Positions 58,101 through 64,000 of a stretch of DNA of 64,000 nucleotides are shown piece after piece. A program made the position numbers and the translations under genes. The stretch is from NCBI GenBank assembly GCA_025558095.1, contig JAIVFI010000045.1, positions 142,728 through 206,727 on the forward strand, read 5' to 3'. The stretch is from Hyaloraphidium curvatum SAG 235-1 (Eukaryota; Fungi; Monoblepharomycota). Under the pieces are notes generated by a model. The model made no database searches and was not told the origin of the DNA. It saw nothing but the letters and a program-made list of their open reading frames with translations. Position 1 is the first letter of the stretch. Each line of letters starts with the position of its first letter.

Positions 58101-58596
58101 GGCCAGGCAGCGGTGGTCGTGCGTAGGCGGAAGGAGGAGGGGGCCTTTCGAAAGGTCCGGGAACGGCGCGGACGGTCGGGCCCTCGTGCATAGGTGCATC
58201 CGCTGATCCCGCGTCCGCATCCTGTGCCGCCGGTTCACCGTTTCCCACGACCTCGACCGAGCCGGGCGACGCCGAATCCGCTGCCGGCGGCGGGGCCAGG
58301 GTCTCGTCGATCGGCATGAGCGCCTCCCGCTGCTGACGAACGGCGGCCTGTCGAGCTGCCTCCGCCTCGAGGAAGAGGATGTACTCCGTGCCCCCGAAGG
58401 GCCAATGATGAACGTGGTCCTCCGCCGTCGGTTCATCGGTCGCGGAATCCGACAACTCCGGCGATCCGCCAGGAGATGAAGGGTCCGTGCCGTCCGGCAG
58501 CGGGGAAGTTCCAGGAAGAGGTTCCACATGTGGTTCAAGAGCTTGGATCTCTGCCCCCCTATGGCCGTGCGGCACTGAGGGCAAAGCTAGTTTTTT
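55182..58596 (-). CDS. pol: Pol N-terminal part: aspartic protease, reverse transcriptase, RNase H; cut just before the integrase
   Basis: LVDSGAS; WRLVIDYRKLN, DIRSGFWH, GFTNAPATF, FIDD; TDASDIGLGA, EREALA, TDH, ADFLSR; ends LRKVQEADV at the breakpoint. Confidence 0.95.
58549..58596 (-). promoter_or_regulatory. -1 programmed ribosomal frameshift signal between gag and pol
   Basis: Slippery A AAA AAC directly before the gag TAG, followed by hairpin CTTTGCCCTC/GGGGGCAGAG; pol is in the -1 frame. Confidence 0.85.
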
Positions 58597-60242
58597 GGCA
58601 TCGAAGGGGTGTTGCCGAGGCGAGACTTCCAGTTGAGTGGGCGGCGGTTGGCATTCTTCTCCAACTCCCAGCACTCGTCCTGAGCATGCCCATCCATGCC
58701 ACAGAGATGGCAGTGGCGAGGCTGGAAGCGCTTCTGGTCGCGGTACTCCGAGGTGAAGGGCCGGCGATCCTGGCGCTCCTGCTGCTGGCGGGGCCGATCG
58801 ATCGGAGGAGGCCTCGCGGGGGGGTTCGACCTGGTCTCCGCGGCCTGAACCTGATGGCGAGGCGACGGCAGCAGCTTGGTGATGAGCTCCTTGATCTCGA
58901 CGAGGTCGCTGTTCGGCCCCGAAGGCGGCAACGGCTGGCTCCGACGAGACTGGAAGGGGACGAAACGGCGCGGAGGCCGGAACGCAGACTCCCCCGGCGG
59001 TCCACCGGTGGGCCTGCGCTCTCCCTTAGGCTCCAGCAGCTTTGTGAGAGCCTGCGTATGAGCCAGCAGCACTTCCGTCGTCGCCTTGTCGGTCGCCTTG
59101 GAGGAGCCCGAAGACGAGTGCTGGCCGACCAGAGCCGGAATCTCCGAAATCGAGTTCTGGCCCAGGAAACGGATGTCGCGCGGCTGCGCAGGGCCCGATG
59201 CTTGCATGACGGTGCGCATCTTCTCGATGACCTTGGTGACGGAAGTGCGGTTGATGAGGTGATCCCCGAGGAGCTCCAGCGCCTTCCCGCGTAGCTCCGG
59301 GCGCAGTCCGTAGAGCAGGTTCTGGCCGTACACGCTGTCTTGCACTTCCCTGGTAGGAAGCTGATCGCCGCAGTGCGAGAGGAAACGCGTCTCGGCCAGG
59401 GATACGCGGGCAACGAAGGCGTCGAGGGTCTCATCGTTGGTCATCTGAATCGTGTTGTAGTGCCGGCGATAATGCATCGATGCGTCGCGGGGCTCGAAGT
59501 GGTAGCGTAGCCAGGCAAGCACATCGTTCTGGGTCACCGGAGGATAGGTGGCCGTCGCGGGATAGTCCGGAGGGCGGTTCTGCGGCGTGATGTTGTGCCA
59601 CATTGCGCGCGGCAGAGGCCCAAGGAAGACCGGGAAGACCTTGACGAGGTTGTTGATGGAGCCGAACGCCGTGAGAACCGTAGTGAGGTCGCGGAAGAAG
59701 TCTTCCGGGTCCTGCGTAGCGGGATCGAAGGGCTGAACAGAAGCAGGCAGCAGCTGAGCCGGGAGCTTGGCGGCTCCGCCCTGGCGATCCGCCTGGGGGA
59801 GGCCGGTGCTTCCATCGTTCGGCGGCTGAGCGCCAACGATGGCCCGTACGGCGTCGACGAACTGCTGCGGCTGGAGACCAGCGGCGGCAGCGTTGACAGC
59901 CGGGGCTTGCTCGCTCCGCTGACCCTGCTGCTGTGCGGCGAGCTGCTGGAGCTGCTGCGCTGCAAGCTGCTCGGCGGCGGCTTGCTGTTGAACTTGGGCA
60001 GCTGGCAACTGCTGAGCGGTCTGTTGCGCCACGAGCTGAGCGGCAAGCTGATCGGCGACGGCTTGCTGGGCGGCTTGCTGGGCGGCGAGTTGGGCGACGT
60101 CGTTGGCGGCGGCGCCGACTTGCTGGATCGCGGCCTGCGCAGCTTGGATAATCGCCTGGGCCTGCGGGTTGTTCTGCAAATCGTTAGCTTCCTGAGGCTG
60201 CTGAACCTCCTGCTGAGGGGCGGCTTCTTGAACGGGGTCCAT
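58587..60242 (-). CDS. gag: Gag with Q/A-rich N-terminus and CCHC zinc knuckle
   Basis: Q..DETLDAFV.R (retrotransposon gag motif), GLRPEL, CHLCGMDGHAQDEC. Confidence 0.92.
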   Translation of the reverse strand: MDPVQEAAPQQEVQQPQEANDLQNNPQAQAIIQAAQAAIQQVGAAANDVAQLAAQQAAQQAVADQLAAQLVAQQTAQQLPAAQVQQQAAAEQLAAQQLQQLAAQQQGQRSEQAPAVNAAAAGLQPQQFVDAVRAIVGAQPPNDGSTGLPQADRQGGAAKLPAQLLPASVQPFDPATQDPEDFFRDLTTVLTAFGSINNLVKVFPVFLGPLPRAMWHNITPQNRPPDYPATATYPPVTQNDVLAWLRYHFEPRDASMHYRRHYNTIQMTNDETLDAFVARVSLAETRFLSHCGDQLPTREVQDSVYGQNLLYGLRPELRGKALELLGDHLINRTSVTKVIEKMRTVMQASGPAQPRDIRFLGQNSISEIPALVGQHSSSGSSKATDKATTEVLLAHTQALTKLLEPKGERRPTGGPPGESAFRPPRRFVPFQSRRSQPLPPSGPNSDLVEIKELITKLLPSPRHQVQAAETRSNPPARPPPIDRPRQQQERQDRRPFTSEYRDQKRFQPRHCHLCGMDGHAQDECWELEKNANRRPLNWKSRLGNTPSMPKN

Positions 60243-60390
60243 GTTTGGCGAAGGGGAATGAACTTGGTTGACGGAATACGGTTGACAGAAAAGAGTGGCA
60301 GTCGACAAGCGCCGGTGCCAGGCGAAGTTGTTTTTGGATTATCGAAGTCGAAACTGAAGTCGAACGAGGTGTCGAAGACCCGAGAGCAGG

Positions 60391-60408
60391 ATCACGGAGG
60401 TCGGACCA
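60391..60408 (-). promoter_or_regulatory. Primer binding site TGGTCCGACCTCCGTGAT (probably tRNA-Tyr)
   Basis: Begins 1 nt after the LTR CA and starts TGG; the implied tRNA end AGGTCGG-A-CCA has G72/A73, typical of eukaryotic tRNA-Tyr. Confidence 0.75.
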
Positions 60409-60409
60409 G

Positions 60410-60885
60410 TGCGACGGTCCGGGTCGGAACCGGGCCTGAAGCTCTAACCCGGCGCGCGAATCCCGCTCGGCTCTTCGGGTCGGATAGGCCCTGAATATGA
60501 ATAAGCGAACAGCGCTGAAGATACTTGACTGTAGCCGGGGGAAAGAGGTTACGGGATGTCTCCCGGGGTGCGTCCCAAGGGCTCTCAGAACGAGGATCCG
60601 GCCGGGCGGGGTTCCGCACGGTGGTCGAACGACACGGAGAGCACGTAGAGTCAACTGGCGATCAAGATTGTACTGTTACATGTCCCGCTCTTTATATATC
60701 CCAGGAGGGTGGCTGTGCCGAGTCACTTGCGAGTCGCTCGCGAGTCGCTCGCGAGTGACTCGCGAGTCACTCGCGAGTCGATCGCGAGTCGATCACGAGT
60801 CGATCGCGAGGACCGACGCCTCCACGCCTCCGAACCGAAAATGAAAATACCCTTGTCCGAATGTCAGACGTCCTGTACCTTCGCA
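60410..60885 (-). repeat. LTR copy 2 (476 bp), flanked by both PPT and PBS
   Basis: Inverted copy of 54700-55175; no differences seen by eye. Confidence 0.95.
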
Positions 60886-60900
60886 CGCCCCCACCCAAAA
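60886..60900 (-). promoter_or_regulatory. Polypurine tract TTTTGGGTGGGGGCG
   Basis: T-run plus G-rich tract immediately 5' of the LTR TG on the minus strand. Confidence 0.75.
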
Positions 60901-61027
60901 GAAGGCGCCGCCCTCGGCGCCACGAAATCGAAGATCCTCCGCGGAGTGACGTCATGCTTGCAGTAGAAGATGTTGAAGGCCGAGGTGGAGACAACAGATG
61001 TTGGAGAGTGTAGGGCCGAAGGGTGGC

Positions 61028-62033
61028 TTAGGCGTCCTCAAAGTCGACGTCGGCGTCCGCCTCGTCGTCGCTCGGCGGCGGGGCGCGGAGCCGGCGGGTA
61101 AAGCCGAGAGCGAAGGCGGCATGCACGGCTGAGCCGTCCGCGGCCGAGGGGGTGTAGACCGGGGGCATGGTCGACTTGTAGGGAGCGGCCGGGATGTCGT
61201 CGTACAGGGCGGCCAAGAGGCCGTCGTCCTGCGAGACGATGGAGGAGGCGTCGCTGCTGGACACGCTCTCGGGGCGAGGAGCTGGAGGTTGCATATCCCC
61301 AGCCTCATCGTCGGAGGTGACGAGGTCCTCGTCCTTGACGCGGCCGACCGGCGTGGAGGTGACCACGGCGGGCGTCGTTTGCCCCGCCAGGGGAGCCACT
61401 TGATTGCCGAGGAAGCGACGCAGGAGGGCCCGTTGCTCGTCGGCGGTCTTGGTGAAGTGCTCGCGCTGCGCGTTCAGGCCGGCCGTGAGGAGCGTGGTGT
61501 GGTCTTGAGCTGAAAGCATGAGCTGCTTGTGCTGCTCCGACCCAAATCGCTGCAGATGGGCCGCCAGGACGCTCTTGAGGTCGGCCGCAAACTCCGCCAT
61601 GGGGCCATTGTTGTGACGGGCGAGATTGGTCTCGACGACGGTCTCGATGGTGGTTTCGAGGTTGGTCCCGGTCTGAGCAACCAGCCCGGCGAGGGAAGAG
61701 CCGAACTCCCTCAACTCCTCGATGGTAGCTTCGTCCACCAGGAGAATGCCGTTGAAGTTCTGACGTTGAGCCTCGAGCACCAACGCAAGCCGGTCGAGCT
61801 GCGTCTCGATGGCACCGAGACGAGCGTCGTCGGTCCGGCGCAAGGCGGTGACGGCGAACTCAAGTTCGCGGTGGCGGCCACTGAGGACCACCTGGAGCTC
61901 GTCACGCTGCTGGCGGATCTGGGCGTCCAGGCGGGCCTCTTGCTGCTCGAGCGTCGCCGTTACGCGGTCAAGAGCGTGCTGCTCCAGGTTGCCGACATTG
62001 ACGAGGGTGTTGAGCACCGGGTGGAGTGCGTCG
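61028..62033 (-). CDS. C-terminal ~334 aa of an extra retrotransposon ORF (env position), coiled coil plus acidic tail; 5'-truncated by the inversion
   Basis: Open GC3-rich frame, same sense as gag/pol, stops ~130 bp before the PPT; heptad-rich LEQQEARLDAQIRQQRDELQ. Confidence 0.7.
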
Positions 62034-63676
62034 AGACCAGCGCGCTGATCCGCTTCGTGCGAGACGGGGAGCTCCCTCCCAACGTGAATCTGGCCAAATT
62101 CTGCAAGAAGTACGGCGAGCAGTACTTCCTCGCTACGGACGGCGTGCTCTGCCGGCGCGATGTACTCGCGACTGGTACCCGTCGTATCCCGGTCACCCAG
62201 CTCGTGATACCGCACGAGCTGAGGGAGGCCTACCTGCAACGTGCGCACGACGATCCCCTGAGCGGGCACGTCGGGCGACACCGGGCGTACAGCAATCTGC
62301 GGCGCCGCGTATATTGGGTCGGCATGGCGCACGACGTTCGCCGCTGGACGCGAGCCTGCCTTACATGCATGACCCGGAAGATGCCTTCGGTATCGAACCA
62401 GGGCTTACTGAAATCGGTTCCTCTCACAGGTCCCAACGAGGACATCTACATCGACTACATCGGCGAGATCAATCCGGCCACGCCCCGCGGCAACAAGTAC
62501 CTTCTCGTCGTCTACGATCCGTTCACTAAATGGGTCGCGGCGTATCCGACTCCGGACCTCTCTGGGCCGACGACGGCGAAGCTGCTCTATACGCGATGGA
62601 TTCTCGAGCACGGTCTTCCGAAGCGGATTCACCACGACAACGCCTCGAACCTGGACAACCATTACATGGAGTACCTGCTCAAGCTACTCGGCATCAACCG
62701 GGGCCTGGTCACGGTTGGGCATCCCAGGGCTTCCCTCGCGGAGCGCCCGAACCGGTGGATCATCGACGCCCTGAGCGCAGCGGTCTCCAAGAACTACCAG
62801 ACATGGGACGAGGACATCGTGGGGGTCATCTTTGCCTTCCGGACCTCCATCCACGCGACGACCGGCGAAACTCCGTTCTTTCTGATGCATGGTCGGGATG
62901 CTCGTATTCCGCTCGACCTACTTTACGACGAGACCGAGATTCGCGAGCCAGTGCACCTGCGGGCCAGCGACGAGGAGGACAAGAAGACAGAGGATGAGCG
63001 CCGGCGGACCTACGTCGTGGAGCTCGTGGCGCAGCTTCGTGCGGCCTACGACCTGGTGGCCGAGAAGATGGCCGCAGCGGCGGAGACTCGGAACGCCAAG
63101 GCCAACGCTACCCGGCTTCCGATTACCTTCCGCCCCGGCGACCTCGTGCTCATCTGGGGACCAGAACGACCGCGCAAGGGCGAGCCGGGCAAGTTCGTCT
63201 CTCGTTATCTTGGGCCCTACCGCATCGAGGAGTCAGGCCACACCGAGCTCACCTGGAAGTGTAGACACGTCTACGAGACCGACCACGTCACCACTGTGCA
63301 TGTGGACCGGCTGGCGCGCTACAAGCCTTGGGAGTCGGCCACCTTCAACGCGCGCTCGTGGAACGCACGCGCCCCGGAGCTCGCCGCCGGTGAAGAGCTC
63401 GATCTCTCGGAACCGGTGAACGAGTTCGAAGAGGAAATCGAGGTCGAGAACGCGCTTGGGAACGAGCAGGAGTACACCGTCGAGGACATCGTCGGCCACG
63501 AGGGCCAGGGTCACGGACTCAAGTTCGAGGTCAAGTGGCGGGGCTTCGCTCGCACGACCAAGCTCCCTCTGGACATGTTGCACGGCGCCATAGGGATCGT
63601 CCGCGCCTATGCCGATCGCGTTGGTCTCCAGCTCCCGACGGGTCTCCCCAGGCGCATGCGGACTCGGCGTCGCTAG
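62029..63676 (+). CDS. Pol C-terminal part: integrase (HHCC, DDE, GPY/F) plus chromodomain
   Basis: AHDDPLSGH..CLTC; IDYIG, HDNAS, AERPNR; GPYRI; EYTVEDIVGH..FEVKWRGF. Confidence 0.95.
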
Positions 63677-63746
63677 TAACACCAACGACGTCTATCCGGT
63701 CACAGCACTACCATCTCTGTGCTCCGATCCCCGGCTTTTCACTGAC

Positions 63747-64000
63747 TCAAACCCGACGTACTACCTCGAGCCTATCCTCGACCCCCTCGAACGCCAACTT
63801 GTGATACCCGGACTGAAAATGCGTGTTCAGATTGCCCAGGAGGCCCTTAGCCTTGTGCTTTACCAGATGGCACCACGGGAACGAGCATACCGCCACTTCG
63901 CCCTTGGTGGGGCTCCGGTACAGTTCGCCGGCGTACGTTCCGGCAATCTTCCATCGGAGGAAGGAGCCTGCCGGCACGGCATCAGGGACCTTCTTCGTCA
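63747..64000 (-). CDS. Possible antisense ORF end with BED/C2H2-like zinc finger, open to the window edge
   Basis: CSFPWC..GNLNTHFQSGYH; no stop between 64000 and 63747. Confidence 0.3.
   Translation of the reverse strand, partial: TKKVPDAVPAGSFLRWKIAGTYAGELYRSPTKGEVAVCSFPWCHLVKHKAKGLLGNLNTHFQSGYHKLAFEGVEDRLEVVRRV

Larger units (their letters stand above)
54700..64000. mobile_element. Rearranged Ty3/Gypsy LTR retrotransposon with chromodomain integrase, extends past the window end
   Basis: LTRs, PBS, PPT, gag, PR-RT-RH and IN-chromodomain all present; segment 55182-62033 is inverted. Confidence 0.92.

Noticed and set aside
54700-60885. DIRS-type element with inverted LTRs
   Set aside because: No tyrosine recombinase. 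Protease, tRNA PBS, PPT and a DDE integrase that rejoins pol in frame show a rearranged Gypsy element.
53736-60885. Fanzor carried as cargo by the LTR element
   Set aside because: The Fanzor lies outside the LTR and is cut mid-gene at the LTR TG, which indicates nested insertion.
54695-60890. Self-contained TIR element with a target-site duplication
   Set aside because: Flanks GCCTC and CGCCC do not match, and the right flank is the element's own PPT.
61529-62028. N-terminal 167 aa of the 715-aa integrase ORF
   Set aside because: This is the antisense shadow of ORF3; real integrase sequence starts at the 62029 junction.
55182-62033. Canonical integrase autointegration product
   Set aside because: The 5-bp duplicated sequence is not joined to processed LTR CA ends; one side is mid-PBS and the other mid-ORF3.

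Overview
GC-rich eukaryotic DNA with many short (~50-60 bp) GT-AG introns. Gene content and style point to an early-diverging fungus (chytrid/monoblepharid-like; inference). Positions 1-53.5 kb hold about 30 tightly packed genes. These include an Egt1-like sulfoxide synthase, a sterol glucosyltransferase, two C2H2 transcription factors, a VPS9 protein, an aspartic protease, a GS-like ligase and a mitochondrial carrier. Several enzymes look bacterial, one membrane protein resembles a giant-virus family, one protein is CBA1-like, and one PWWP protein carries a tandem array of 83-84 aa zinc-ribbon repeats. The last 10.4 kb is a nested mobile-element locus. It starts with the RuvC half of a Fanzor (eukaryotic TnpB-like RNA-guided nuclease) gene, followed by a candidate omegaRNA and element end (53641-54699, minus strand). 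This gene is interrupted by a young Ty3/Gypsy chromodomain LTR retrotransposon that is rearranged: two 476-bp LTRs face each other and pol is cut exactly at the RNaseH-integrase linker. The segment 55182-62033 is inverted between 5-bp CGACG/CGTCG microhomologies and contains a PPT-LTR-PBS junction plus an unknown coiled-coil ORF in the env position. All calls were made by eye from motifs; no database searches were run.
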